The position numbers and the translations under genes are program-made. DNA of 64,000 nt from Podarcis filfolensis. Its lineage: Eukaryota. Positions 11,449 to 24,511 of this stretch are shown here, in pieces; positions within the stretch are counted from its first letter, which is position 1, and the number at the start of each line of letters is the position of its first letter. The stretch lies in the NCBI GenBank assembly GCA_964270895.1, contig OZ185440.1; one strand, given 5' to 3'. Under the pieces are notes generated by a model. The model saw nothing but the letters and a program-made list of their open reading frames with translations, was not told where the DNA came from and did no database searches.

Positions 11449-11959
11449 TTGCCCCAGCCACTCTGGGCACCTTCCAATATCAACATAATAAAACATTTAA
11501 AGGGCTGCCTTGAGGGGTCAGGTAACTCCATATCCTCCAACATTTCTCAGATGAAAATAGACGGCTTCTGTAAACCCGGAACTGTCACTGAAAAATAGGG
11601 ACATCCCTGGGCTAGACACTCAACATTGACATTTTGCACAAACTGCATGCCATGGAGTACCTGCAATATTTGAAGACCCTCCTCCAGAGCACCCTTAACA
11701 AGTGGCATTTTAATAGTATAAAGTAGCAATTTAGCATTTAGAAAGCCATTTTTAGAAATGAGATTTGAGCCAAGTCATTATCGGCTCAAAAGCTTTGTGT
11801 GAGGCACAGTGGCCATTTACACATTTCCTGCTTGGAGGGCGAGTTAGACCACCCAAAAACAAAAGGTTTTCATAAAATGTACAACTGCTCATTTATCTGT
11901 AAAGATGAACATTCTGAAACAATTGCCATAATTTAAAGATAAATACAAGATAGCTCACC

Positions 11960-12190
11960 ATACTGTGGAAGAACAGAAAAAGAGCGCTGCTGAACCAGGC
12001 CAAAGGCCTAGCAAGCCTAGCAGCCTTTTATCACAGTGGCCAACCAGACGCCTGTGGGGAAACCTGCAAGCAGAGCTTGTGTGGAAACTAAGTATAGTAC
12101 TAATTCTCTCACCTGTGACTCTCAAGCAAGTGATATTTAAAGGCATAGCTCCTTCAACAATGGAGGCCATAATATTGCAACCAAGTCATC
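11960..12190 (-). mobile_element. CR1 LINE 3' UTR fragment
   Basis: Reverse complement of the lizard CR1 tail (cacagtggccaaccagacgcctgtggg on +). Homologous to 21800-22000 (+); another piece at ~59390-59480. Confidence 0.75.
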
Positions 12191-15100
12191 TGTGAGCCTC
12201 ACTTCACTGCCAAAATGGTGCTGTGAGGGGTGGCTTCTTTTTATCTTTACTCCTCACTTGGGCCTGATAGCCCTTCAAACAGAATACTCCTTTTCAGTGC
12301 TTTCCTCCCCTCCTAAAAAAATGTTTAGAGGTACTCTCATTTTGACTCACCATTTTATAGTTCAGATGGGGGGAAATAAATACAGTTAATGGACAAAAGT
12401 ACATAGATTCACTAACTGTTTAGGGGTATGCGTACCCCTGCATGCCCCCCAGAAAAAAACACACTGCTTTCAAATAGAAGGCTGTCTTCTGTAAAGGGAT
12501 CAATTCCAGCTAGTGGGCTGCATGCTAAAGTCCCCCCTTCCTCACAGATCCTCTTGGGACCTCTTGCTAGTTCCTCTGCCCTCAGAGGCTCAGGGTAGGG
12601 GTGGCCTGGGAGAGGGCATTCTTTGTGGTGGCTTCTTCATAATACAGCTTCCGGAAGATTCCAAAGATGCACCTCTTTATCCTGCCTTTTGACACTTGAG
12701 GTGTATATATTTTTAGATCCCACCTTATTTTTTTAATTATTGTAAGTTGCTTTAGACCATTTTTAACATTGCTTTGATGTTGGAACCATCGTGGGACCTT
12801 AAGGCAAAGGGTGAGAAATCAGTAAATAATCATCTGAACCTGTGCCTTAATTAGGGGCGGGATAGTTGTGGCCTTTCTTCCCAACTTTGTGACGACCCCT
12901 TAGTTTGTTTTTGGAAGTCTATGTAGGCATGATTCGGCTAAAATTGTGAGGAAGCAGAGAATGGGGGCTTGTACATTCATTTATTTACCTACCTTCTCCA
13001 GCTCCCAATATCTAAACATAGTTTGGAGGTGCGGAAACATGGGGTCAAATGCAACATTGCGCTGATGTAAATGGTTTGATTTGGTTGTGCATTTTTTATG
13101 TTTTATTTCATGACTACTTTTGTTATGCTGTAGTTACGTATTTTTTCATGTTGTAGGCCATCGTGAGTATGGTGTGGAAAGGCGCCACACAAATAAAATT
13201 ATTTATCTATATGTATGCATGTAAAAGGAGAGTAACCATTGAGAGCTTGTCTTTAGTGGCTAGAACTGAGGAGAGCTTTTTGTTATATCAGATTTGGGCA
13301 GCAGAAGCAGCACCTGAAACGTTTGTGACATTCATGAATTGGAACAAAGATGCCTCTTGTTTTCACAACTGAAGGCAGGGGTGGGACACTTGTGGCCCTC
13401 CAGATGTTGTTGGACTCCAGTTCCCATCAGTCCCAGCCAGAATGGCCAATGGGCAAGGATGATGGGAGTTGCAGTCCAACAACACCCACAACTTTCCTCA
13501 CCTTGACCTATGGGTAGCATTTTGCTAGGTTAATGTTATCACTGACATGTAGCTAGCCAGCCAAATGGGCCTGAGGGCATGTCTTCATTCAGCCATGTCT
13601 GCATCCCATTTTGGCATAGGGAAACTATCACACATTTTTAAATGATTGACATATAAGGCTAAATGTGGTTCAGCAGGTAATCTGTAGTGCTCTAGGTCAC
13701 ACATGGTTTTAGGAACAATGGGGTGAACTTCTCCAGTACCAGAGGCAAGAACAGACCGTCTTCCAACGTCATGCATCCTTTTCAGATGAAGGAATACTGG
13801 CATTGGAAACTTTTCAAACAACTGTAACACAGTGACATGGTGACCTGTAACTACTAACATCTTTTATTCTAAAGGTTCAGAAACTAGTGTGGAAAGGTTG
13901 CCAAAACCACCTGGATTCACGCCATGACTTGGGTCCAGGATGCACTGGGCAGCTTTTGGCAGCCACTACCCTTACCTTCTCAGGTATGCTGTACACTCAG
14001 ATGCTAAATTAAATTCATTAAATGCTATTAATAAATCATAGGTGAAGACCATTTGAAGTTTAGAGAGAATTGTGTCTTTCTCAATGTGGAATTCATATAA
14101 CAAAAAGTGCTACAACACTTTTAGGATTCATCCCAGGGAACTATACAACTGGCCCTATCCAAAAGATGTTTGTGATACAGCTTGTGGATCTATTGTTCCA
14201 AGGACTGAAAAGAGAGAGAGAGAAAAGTCCTAGCGGGTGCACTCTCTGGATGTGCTCTTGGTATTGAATAACATTGGTACAGTATTGAAAAGCATTCATC
14301 TATGGATTTCTGAGCATTCCATCTAGCTAGGTAAGGCTCTTTTTTGGAGGACGTATACAAAAGTCAAATTATGGTAGAGCAATCACCAAGGTATTTTAGT
14401 CCTATGCCCAAATTACGTTCCCAGGACCAAGAAAATTTCTTTCACCAAATCTGTTATAGAGGAATTGCTGCTGTTAGATGAGGTCACCATAAATAGCATC
14501 TAATAAATATGTAGGTGATCAGAATCCATTCTTTGTATTTCAGATCAAACTTGTTAGCTGTTTTGTCTATTTAACAACTTACTCAGAGGGGTAAGAAAGA
14601 AAGGTGGCCTATAGATATAAATACATAAACATGACTTTTCCTGGTCACATCAAAACGAAGCGTACAGATTTGTTTTTAATGTTTACCATTTATTTGCATA
14701 ATGGCTGATTTAAAAGCCTACAGTGCTCTTATCTTTGTTTTATACTGCGATTTTGCTTTTATAAATATATTTTTATTCGTTATCAGATTTAAGAGCAGCT
14801 TATGGTACCTTATATGTTAAAATCCAAACATATCCAGTTTTGACACTCATCGTATTATAGAAATGAGGGGGTCTTAAAAAAAACAAGAGTGCTCAATTAG
14901 GAATACGACAACAAACTGTCTTCAAGCTTACCTCATTTGTGATGAGATCTCCATCAAAGGCATTGCATTGCTGTGAGAACTGAAAGAGGTTTTGAAAGGA
15001 AGTCCAGCATGACTGCAGAGGAATGCATCTCAGGAACAGTGAGCACTTACAAAATAATACAGCTCAGTTGTAAGGAGATTGCTTTAATCCTCAGCTTCAT

Positions 15101-15627
15101 GTGGGGCAGCTCTGTTTTCAGAGTTTAAGCACCATTGCATTAGACACAAACACTGCATAGCGCATATGTTGGAAAAAGTTTGGACTTCTCATAATATTTA
15201 TTTGTAGATCTAAACTAATGTTGTGTTTTAACAAATATTATTTGAGGCTATGGCTTCAGGAGCTCTCTAAACCCCTGGAGGGAAAGAAAAGAAAAACCCA
15301 AAACCAAGCACGCACACACATTTGTCATGACTAATTAGGTCAGGAAGTTATAGAAGCCAGTACCCCGTCAAAGTCTCAGAGCCACTTGGTGAGTTCAGTG
15401 TTAAGTATATAGAATGTAATTACCATGCAAATCTGACAGCGGTGGCTTGTTGTGCCAGCTCTACAGCACACAAGTTCTAAACACACATTGGCACTCATGT
15501 TCCTGCACAGCTGACGTAATGGCAATGTTAAAATGGCAAGCGAACTATGATAACATCTCTGTGTTGAGAGTTGTCCAGATTTAGCAGAGCTAAAGGAGCC
15601 TGAGACCCTATTACAACAGTGTTAAGA

Positions 15628-15754
15628 CTTGACCTTCTGCCAGTCATTTCCTTCTCAGCCTAACCTACCTCACAGGGTTGTTGTGGGATTTAATGAGGAG
15701 CACCTTGAGGTCCTTGGAGGAAAATACGAGATATGAATACATTAAATAAACAAA
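15628..15754 (+). mobile_element. CORE-SINE (Ther1/MIR-derived, Squam3-like) 3' part
   Basis: cagcctaacctacctcacagggttgttgtg...ccttggagg...aaataaacaaa, the MIR/CORE-type tail. Confidence 0.75.
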
Positions 15755-18508
15755 GAGGAGCTCTGAGGCTGGGGTGTCAATCCTAGAACACACCAAAGTT
15801 GGAAAGATGGGATGGAAAAAATTGAGCAAAGGAAAAGGGAATATTATGTTCAGTAACAAGGCAGAAAACTCAAGAACTAAGTAGATGGCAAACAACAGGT
15901 TTCAGAAACTTCACCAGTGACCCTTTCTCCCAATGGACTGGACTGAAAACCAGAGCTCTTCCTTTTGGACAAGGCCCCCTTTTCCATGTATTTTCTTTAA
16001 TATTATTTGCAGACTTCCTTCTGACATTAATGTGGCTAGACTATAGCTTACTGGCTGGAAAATTGGACTATGGGTGCAGGAGAATGGGATTCTAGCCTTG
16101 TCTCAGACCTTTCCTGAAGCTTATATTTACCTTCTTATCATGTACACAGACAGCTTTTTATACCAGCATATTCACCAAGCAAGGGGTAAGGACAGTCTGA
16201 AGTTTACAGTTGGTTGCTAGAATTTGCTTTTCCCATCAGATGCAGGAGAGAGATGTGTTTTGCCACCTAATGGGTGCATATCTAGGAGAATACATGCTTC
16301 AATGTGCGTTTCCTACGATATAGCTTTTAAATTTTAGTCTAAATTCTGTTACTTTATGTGATTTTGATTTAAATATAGTTACAGGGCAGATTACTCTGAA
16401 TGTACCAAGGGTTTCAGCGTTTTCCTCTTCTAGCTACCGTGCTTAATAAAGGTTACACTGTAGAATATTGTTTTTCAATAAATTTTGGCAAAACTGCTGG
16501 CTCTTTTGTGACACAGCCCGTTTATTAACACACAAGCCCTGTCTAGTGCTGATATTTACACTGATGCAACATACTTTATTTCAGTTCCCTGCAGTTAGTT
16601 CATGTTTTTCCCTACACAGAGATCAATCTTTATATGGGAAATAGTATTTTTGAAATAAATTTCAGTGAAGGGTGTAACTTAGCTGTAACTACAATTATCT
16701 GAAAGTGCAGCCCATACATTCACACTATATGGATATTATATAGTACACTGCACAGCAAGATGATTTCAAGTCATAATAAAGGTAATGTTTTCCAGCTGTG
16801 GAAAAAGTACACCAAACTCACTAAAAGTAACAGTTGGTTTGTATGAATCTTGCACATTAACCAACCACGCACATTTTAATAACTTAATCTTAGTGCAGAA
16901 GAGTTTGCAACAACTGGCAAGTCACAGAATGTCAGTCCCGATTGTGATTGGTGTCCAATCAGTAGTGCTTTGAGCTTTCTGTTCAAAGCTGCTTGTTGAG
17001 GAAATGCAGTGTTGCATGGAACTAACCCTGTAATTAAGAAAGGCCAAATAAATTTGAGTCAGTCACTATTTTTTCCCCCCGGAGTGGGGAGTAGTTTCTT
17101 AACTAGTCGTACTCCATTTTCAACAAGGCCTTTTGGTTGGGGATAGATACCACAGGCTGCACGGTTCATGAAGAAATCTATATTGCTTTGCAAATAAAGG
17201 AACTCATGGCAATCACATTGACATGCATTATCTGATTGAACTACTGCAGATACGCAATAGCATCAGAAAGCTGACTTGATGTGTGTGATTGAGTGGTTGT
17301 CATATTGCTTCAATTGAACTGATGCTTAAAGAATTGCCTCAATCTCTATCGGGTCCTGTGTGCCTTATGGTATTCACATTCTCTGCTGTTTCAGGTGTTT
17401 TGCATATTCAGAGGGCCTTTTTAAATCTTAGTTTGTGAAAACAGATGGCAAATATTCAGTGTAATTCCTCTGCGAAGCCGTGGTGCCACCCTCTTACTAA
17501 AAAAGCTCCTGGGAGAGGGCTATTACCACAGGGTAAATTAAGTTGCAAATGCACAGCTTGAGAATGCTTTTACATCTATAATTAATTTTGGATGTGTTCA
17601 GGTGGTATCAGTAGTTCAGAATGCATTTCATCAACTTACCTTGGTGTTCCACCTATACCCCTTCCTTGACCAATATGGTCTGGCTAGTTATGCATATTCT
17701 TAACATAGTCTAGGCTAGACTGTTGAGATGCGTGATTATTTATTTGTAAAGGATCCACAAGCTTCAACCCATGTGAAAAGTGGCACATAGTAAATGGTAG
17801 TAGGTGGCTACCAAAGAAAGAGTTTTTCAACAGCAACACCCAAATTATTGACACTTCACAGACATTACCACCCAATATCCTTATCATTCAGGCAGTCCTT
17901 CTGTTTTCAGATGGCTTTTAGAAGGCATTTGCATTTTATCTCCTGCTTTTTATTGTTTTGTATTTTTATGTTCCAAGCCACCTTGGAACTATTTTGCAAA
18001 TGGCGGAACACAAATAACTCCAATAAAATAACTCATGGAAGCCACATCCTGCTTGGCCACTACCTTCTGCCTACTTCAGAAGTGATAAGCAGTTTAGGGC
18101 TAAAGCGGGACAATATGTATGGCCACATCTGTCTTGAGAGTACCGACTTCTTAAACGCAGGTATGCAGAAACAAATTATACCAAATGTATCAGCACAGAA
18201 GGAAACAACATACATGCTACAATGAACTACTGCAGCAATCTCCACAAGCATAATCAGGCCATTACATCATATCAATAACCCCTTTCCTCCAGAAGAATAC
18301 TGTTTTTCATCAGTATGTCAGGAAAACCTGCAACCTACCATAGACAGGCTGTCTACCAGCATCATAAATGATGCTCTCCCTCTGGCCGTACTGAAGACTT
18401 GATGGTTGGGAGGGTCCCCAGAGGCTGAATAAAATCTTGCTAAGCTTCTCTCCAGCCTATGGGTTGGGGGTTCCCCACCCCTGAAATAAAGGTTTTATAC
18501 ACCATTAA

Positions 18509-18514
18509 TTTAAT
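18509..18514 (-). terminator. ARHGAP29: Candidate distal polyadenylation signal ATTAAA
   Basis: tttaat on + strand at the end of the AT-rich UTR-like block. Confidence 0.35.
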
Positions 18515-19323
18515 ACTGACATCCACCCCTTTTCATTTTGAAATATCTGTCTAAAAGCAGATTTGTTAAAAGAAAGTTACCCCCACCATTTACTGTTGTC
18601 TTTTAAGATTTACTCATAACATTACCAGCATTTTAATGTGCAACAGAAATACAAACCCACTGTACTGAATAACTTTAAAGAAACTTGAGCGTATATATTG
18701 ATACATGGTATATTATATTAACATGTAAATGGCTCTATATACAGTAAGATGAAGCATAATAGAATACATGGAGTCAGTGAAACATTAACATGTTAATGTA
18801 TATTTTTTTAAGCAACAGTGTACATATAAAAACAATTTAATACAGAGTGAAAAACCATTCAATGCACTTACTAAATGCTGGCTTTTTGGTTATTTTTATC
18901 TATTTCACTAAATCTCAGACCTATATTCTTCATCTATACCAAGCAATAAAAGGAGCTTTCTACAGTAAGGGGGAAATGATAGCTTATTAGTAACAAGGAA
19001 CTTCCACATTATTTTCAACTGAAAGGCAATAAGCCAGCTAGGTTTTGTGCATTTAAACCACTTGGTAACTGGATGAGAACACTTTTTAAATATCTTTATA
19101 GTAAAGCTTAATAATGCATCTTTCCTGTACAAACAACTTTTAAGCAACAACATAGATAGTAAAAAAAAAAATCAATTGGTATATAAAACTATATATGTAT
19201 ATTCACACACAATATACAAAGGCCATGCTGGCCAGTACATAATCTATTCAGGCGCATTTCATTGCACAGAGTCAGGGGGAGGGAACTGATTACAGACACT
19301 TAGAGCACTGCTTCAAGCTTTGG

Positions 19324-19329
19324 TTTATT
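19324..19329 (-). terminator. ARHGAP29: Candidate proximal polyadenylation signal AATAAA
   Basis: tttatt on + strand, ~410 nt downstream of the stop. Confidence 0.35.
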
Positions 19330-19741
19330 CTTAAATTAAAGTAGCTGTATTTCATATACCCTGCAGTCTTGACAAATCATTTACTCTGAGAAAGTGGCTA
19401 CTTTCATTGCTGCACCCATGCATAATAAATTGCCTTTCACAAGCAATAGTACAATTCCACACATGAAATTTGATTATAGGGCTTTTGAATGTGCCTCCTT
19501 ATTAACTTTTTCTATATTTGGAATGCATTTAAATACTCTCCAAGAAAAATCTAATGAATGAAAAAAAATAACTTCATGGTTCTTCACAGCTTTTTTCTTT
19601 TCTTTTTTAAACACATCCCATATTTTTAAAAGTCTATACAGGCATATATAAAAATAATTCCAATATATGGCACGAAGATGAAATCCTCTACCAAAAAAAA
19701 AAAAAAGTTCCCCATTGAAAGGTTGTATAGCAGTTGTTACC

Positions 19742-20631
19742 CTATACAAAGTGAGCTTCCCTGTGTTCTAGTTCTTGCATCCTCTTTGGCCTTAATCTCT
19801 GGTAGGTGGGCTTCAAGTCTGTAGGGGAAAGAGCTTCAGAAGTGGGTTTTTGTTGCTTTGCATGTTGGCCAGAGGAGCCCAAGGAGCCTTGGACAAGGCC
19901 AGGGTTCACAACTAGCTGTGGAGTCTCATCTCTGACGACTGCTGCACATGGTTTGGGTGCCAAGCTCTCATCGCTCTGTTTGGCCTTACTGATGGGTGGT
20001 GGCTTATAGAATGTCCCTGGTGGTGGTTGCAAAGTTCTCGGTGTTCTGAAAGCAGCAAGTGTATTAGAGTCTGAGGAATGCCCTTCTGCTGTTGCCCTTG
20101 CAGCCCTGACAGGTACCGTATATGGCTTATTGGGAAGTATGGCACTTACTGAGTTGCTAGCAAGGTTGCTATGTGTAGTTAAGGCACTTGAGTTTACAGA
20201 GTCATGTGTTCGGTTCTCCTGGGGTATATTAGTCACAATCATTGCTGTCCTTGCAGTCATATCATACTGCTTATATTGCTTGTCCCAAGTTTTCTTCAGA
20301 GTCTGTGGGTCAAAGCAAGAAAGCCTACAGCCGGCATTTACAGCTGGAAGTGGCTGCGTCTCGGAAACTTCTTCAATTACAGGACTTCTGCCAATATTTT
20401 CTGTACTTAGACCTGCATTTCGTGAGTTTCTCTCATTCAAAACACAGGGAGGAAGCATTTGACCTAGAGGTAAACTCACAGGACGAACAACTGGCTTTGT
20501 CCTATGAGTGCGTAACTGAACTTTGGTTATTTGACGATTCGGTCTTAAAAGGTGACTGGCTTTAACACCATCTTCAACTTGAGGGGGAGATTGCTCATTA
20601 TCTGGATCTGAAACTGCAGCCACAGCATTGC
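19742..20631 (-). CDS. ARHGAP29: ARHGAP29 terminal coding exon (exon 23 equivalent)
   Basis: Open for 890 nt from a cttccttag acceptor to TAG at 19742-19744. Contains RPVSLP and RTLQP motifs and ends ...RPKRMQELEHREAHFV* (human ...EGEIPQFV, PDZ-binding C-terminus). Confidence 0.95.
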
Positions 20632-21529
20632 CTAAGGAAGAAAAACATTTATTTTGACTGTCAGTTTGCCATCAGAAAGCATTAACTTTGAATAACATTA
20701 GCCAGAAATCAGGTCTCTAAATGCAACTAAGTATATTTTAGAAGATCACACCTCTCAGAGAACAAGCAGAGAACACCAATATTGCCATTATATTCAAGAC
20801 CATATTAATTCCACGCTATTTTTAAAGTTTGCTTTTAATTTCTTTTTGTTTTTAACTTTTTATGATTTTATTGTTTGATTTTATGTTTCAATATTGTTGC
20901 AAATGGCTGTTATATATTTTTATGATACAGCGGTATTTAAATATTTTTATAAATAAAATAAAAAGTGCCAGACATACTGTTTCAAAGGATTTGACACCTG
21001 CAAGCCACAAAGAGACTTTTCATCTTCCTACGCCATATGGCAGACTAAAGACTTACAGAGTCAGTTTAAGTAGAACAGTTTGCATTAAAGACTGCAGCAG
21101 CCAATCACCCTGATTTGTACCTGTATCCATACCTACAATTTAGGATTATAGTACTATATAACCCATGGAGGAAGCTTCCATTTAAAGAGTTCTGGATATG
21201 AATCAAAAAGAGATCTTAGTCCTATTTCTATCAACTTTTTCACAAGAACAACCCAATAGTTAGGATAAATCAGCCTGGGAGGAATCAAAGGTCTCTTCTG
21301 GGAAAGGAAGGAAGGAAGCCTTTTTACAGACCTCAGGAAAAAGCTAATATATCGGGCCAACAAGTATAAATATACTGCTTTAAACAGCTGCTTTGGATTT
21401 TTATCCCTCTCCATATTATTCTCTTTCAAACAGAGTGAAAAAATGGTTGTTATCCCTCACTCACAAGATTATTTACATTAGGGGTATAATTAGTATAATG
21501 AAAGAAAATTAGTATTTGATAAACGTCTA

Positions 21530-22001
21530 TTTATGTAAAGTTATGAAGTGGGTGGGGAGTTTTCCTCCTTCTTTCCCGATATTAGAACCCAGGGACATCC
21601 AATGAAGCTGAATGTTAGAAGATTAATGAGACAAAAAAAGGAAGTACTTCTTCACACAGTGCATACTTAAAGAATGGAATTTTCTACCACAAGTAGGCTA
21701 CGAACTTGAATTGTTTCAAAAAGGGCTTTAGACAAATTCATTGGGGGGGGGGGATAAGGCTGACAATGGCTACTAGGCATGTATGTCATACCTAACCGCG
21801 ACCTCCAGTGTGTTTCTAAACACCATTTGTGGTATGCTTATGAACAACAGTTGCTGGGAATCACAAGAAGAAGGAGTGCTATTGCACTCATGGCCTGCTT
21901 GCAGGCTTCCCATCAACATCTGGTCAACTACTTTGAGAAAAGAATGCTAGATTAGATGGGTCTTTGGTCTGAACCAACAGGTCTCTTACTATACTCTTAC
22001 T
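21530..22001 (+). mobile_element. CR1 LINE 3' end (ORF2 C-terminus plus 3' UTR)
   Basis: agaacccagggacatccaatgaagctg...aagtacttcttcacacag gives the TRGHxMKL / KYFFTQR CR1 C-terminal motifs (degenerate), followed by the CR1 tail. Confidence 0.82.
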
Positions 22002-22253
22002 CAGGGATTAGCAAACTTTTTCAGCGGGGGGGCCGGTCCACTGTCCCTCAGACCTGGGGGGGGGGGCGGACTATATTTTGGAAAAAAATATGAACGAATT
22101 CCTATGCCCCACAAATAACCCAGAGATGCGTTTTAAATAAAAGCACACATTCTATTCATGTAAAAACACGCTGATTCCCAGACCATCCGCGGGCCAGATT
22201 TAGAAGGCAGTTGGGCCACTTCTGGCCCCCGGGCCTTAGTTTGCCTACCCATG
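22002..22253. mobile_element. hAT (Charlie-like) MITE
   Basis: TIRs cagggattagcaaact / agtttgcctacccatg; 8-bp TSD ctcttact / ctcttatt (7/8). Confidence 0.85.
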
Positions 22254-23109
22254 CTCTTATTCATAGGCCTATATATGCCTTTGTCTTGCACAGTTCTTAA
22301 TTACATACATTTTATCTACTTAAACAAAGCAAATTAGCTTTAGTTTCAGTTACTTGAGGGAACTCAAGGCATTTTTTCACTGAAAAACAGTTTCCTGTTA
22401 TGTTTGAACTGTCAATTATGATTAATGTTGTCTAAACGAATCAGGATATGGAAGCCAACTTTAACCCATGGCTTCATTTTCAGGCTTGCTTGCTGTTAGG
22501 ATGTAATGGGAAGCTATGGCTAACAGCAGTTTCCTGTCTTGTTTCCCTTTTCTTGTAAAGGGTTGAGTAAAACAGCTGCATGTAGACAGATGAAGCTCGT
22601 TCACATCTCCACTTATTGAACTGAGACCTGACTGTCCAAACATGGCCAATAACTCAAAAGCAGCATAACCACCCTTTGAAAAGGCTTCATAAAAATGTGC
22701 TTTTTAAACACACGCGATGTGCTGAGACAGTAAGCTGTCAGCTAAGAATAGGCTTCTTTTCATTGCACCAACAGAAGTCATAATAACGAAAGGTTTATTT
22801 TGTACCTGAACATACAGGAACCTGAAGGATAGCAAGATAGCTGTATGAATACTTGCAATTCAGGAAACTGACCTGGATCTTTTGCTGGTGCAATGTGGTT
22901 TTCTAAAACTGAGACAGGAGAGGGTTCTGAAGGAGAATTCCTTCTGCCAAGACTCTGTTTAGTTCCAAGTTTGGAGTTCCATTCTAGGAAATATGAATAC
23001 AGCCAGCAACATAAACAGTTAAATCTCAACAGGGAAGCCTAATGTGATAGTGACTATAAGCCCGATGCATTTTCAATCTGCTCTATGGATTCCATAGCAA
23101 ATGTCAATA

Positions 23110-23335
23110 CAGTGGTACCTTGGGTTAAATACTTAATTCGTTCCGGGGGTCTGTTCTTAACCTGAAACGGTTCTTAACCTGAAGCACCACTTTAGCTAAT
23201 GGGGCCTCCCACTGCCGCTGCGCTGCCAGAGCTTGATTTCTGTTCTCATCCTGAAGCAAAATTCTTAACCCGAGGTAATATTTCTGGGTTAGCGGAGTCT
23301 GTAACCTGAAGCATATGTAACCCGAGGTACCACTG
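23110..23335. mobile_element. Tc1/mariner (Tigger/pogo-like) MITE
   Basis: TIRs cagtggtaccttgggtta / taacccgaggtaccactg, flanked by TA on both sides. Confidence 0.9.
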
Positions 23336-23439
23336 TACTTGTCCCTTTAATGAAGAATGACATGCAGTGAACACGTGAATAAAAGTTCTGCTTCATTTTT
23401 CTATCCATCTATTGTACTGTAGAAATGCAAAACACTAAC

Positions 23440-23548
23440 CTGTCACTAATGCATCAGAATTCTGGTGGGTGTCTTTGCTGCTATCTGGTTCTTCAAATGA
23501 TATACTAGCCTCTGAATCCTTCCTCTCATTTTGGACCAACTGGATGCT
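23440..23548 (-). CDS. ARHGAP29: ARHGAP29 exon 22 (109 bp)
   Basis: SIQLVQNERKDSEASISFEEPDSSKDTHQNSDALVT(G). gacag acceptor, GTTAGT donor; the SFEE motif aligns with human ATSFEES; phases fit both neighbours. Confidence 0.88.
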
Positions 23549-23640
23549 CTGTCAATAACAGCAATATTAAAAATTGGCTGAATACACTAGCACAAGTTCA
23601 TGCAGTAAATGAAAGTTATTGTTTCACAGCAGACACTCAC

Positions 23641-23953
23641 TTCTTTCACAGCAGCACAGGGCAACGTTTTTCGTTGCTGATATGGATCTCTATCTTCAGC
23701 TGTTAAAATACTTTTAGCGCAAGCAGCACTGTCTTCTAACCGAGGTGCAGGTGATAAAGGCTGCGGCGAAATATCAAAGATCTTCTCATAATAGGTAATG
23801 AGGAGCTCAACTACCCGGGCCTGATATGGATAGTCCACAAGTGAAGAGAGAGAAAGGGTAGCATCTGTCTGACGTGGCCTGATCAGAGTTGGGCCAAATA
23901 TAATACCAAGGTTGCTGGCAGACATTTTATTTTCATCGGATTGCTCAGTAACT
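23641..23953 (-). CDS. ARHGAP29: ARHGAP29 exon 21 (313 bp), RhoGAP C-terminal part
   Basis: RVTEQSDENKMSASNLGIIFGPTLIRP..., a RhoGAP signature. tgcag acceptor, GTGAG donor. Confidence 0.96.
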
Positions 23954-24278
23954 CTGCATATAAGAAAAAAATCCAGAGAGGCTTTTTGAACATTGGTACG
24001 AACCCAACATGGTACATTCACTACAAAACCAACACTACCCAAATCTCCACATTAATTTCACTATCATCATCATAATCCAATTAGTGTTAACAAGTTGAAA
24101 AAGAGAGAAGGAAATATTAAGCCTCATTAATATTAATATGTTCATACCACCAGCTAGGAACACAACAAAAATACTGCTTGCTACAAGAAATACACAGATC
24201 TTTATTGTTAACAAATAAACCCATGCTTAACGCATATTTCTGAATGTATATGTACAGGCTGAGTTGAAGTTCCCTTAC

Positions 24279-24511
24279 CTGTACAGATGACCTAAAAGAA
24301 ACTGGAGTGTGTTATAGTTTGGTGCAGGCAGCTGTTTCAGTAGATCTTTGATTTTAAGAATGATCCTATTCAGTTCAATACACACTGACTGCCTTTTTTT
24401 GGACCTGGGGCTCATCCGTTTCATATCCAGTTCTTCATTAATACTTTGGCTCTCCTTTGCAAGGCCAATGAATTCATTATAAAGCCGAAACAAAATCAAA
24501 GGTTCAGGGAG
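24279..24511 (-). CDS. ARHGAP29: ARHGAP29 exon 20 (233 bp), RhoGAP
   Basis: LPEPLILFRLYNEFIGLAKE...LKQLPAPNYNTLQFLLGHLY(R). ccctcag acceptor, GTAAG donor. Confidence 0.96.

Larger units (their letters stand above)
18490..19741 (-). other. ARHGAP29: ARHGAP29 3' UTR (extent inferred)
   Basis: AT-rich sequence with no recognisable repeats after the stop codon, down to a distal ATTAAA hexamer; the 3' end is inferred only. Confidence 0.5.

Noticed and set aside
13585-13860. 91-aa protein-like ORF (MLVVTGHH...KWDADMAE)
   Set aside because: No recognisable domain or convincing splice sites; an ORF this long is expected by chance across six frames of 64 kb.
17096-17115. ttaactagtcgtac resembling the bacterial trp operator
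   Set aside because: A short partial chance match in a vertebrate intergenic context.
19806-20565. Several overlapping ORFs on both strands of the terminal ARHGAP29 exon
   Set aside because: Shadow frames of a real coding exon with no independent evidence.
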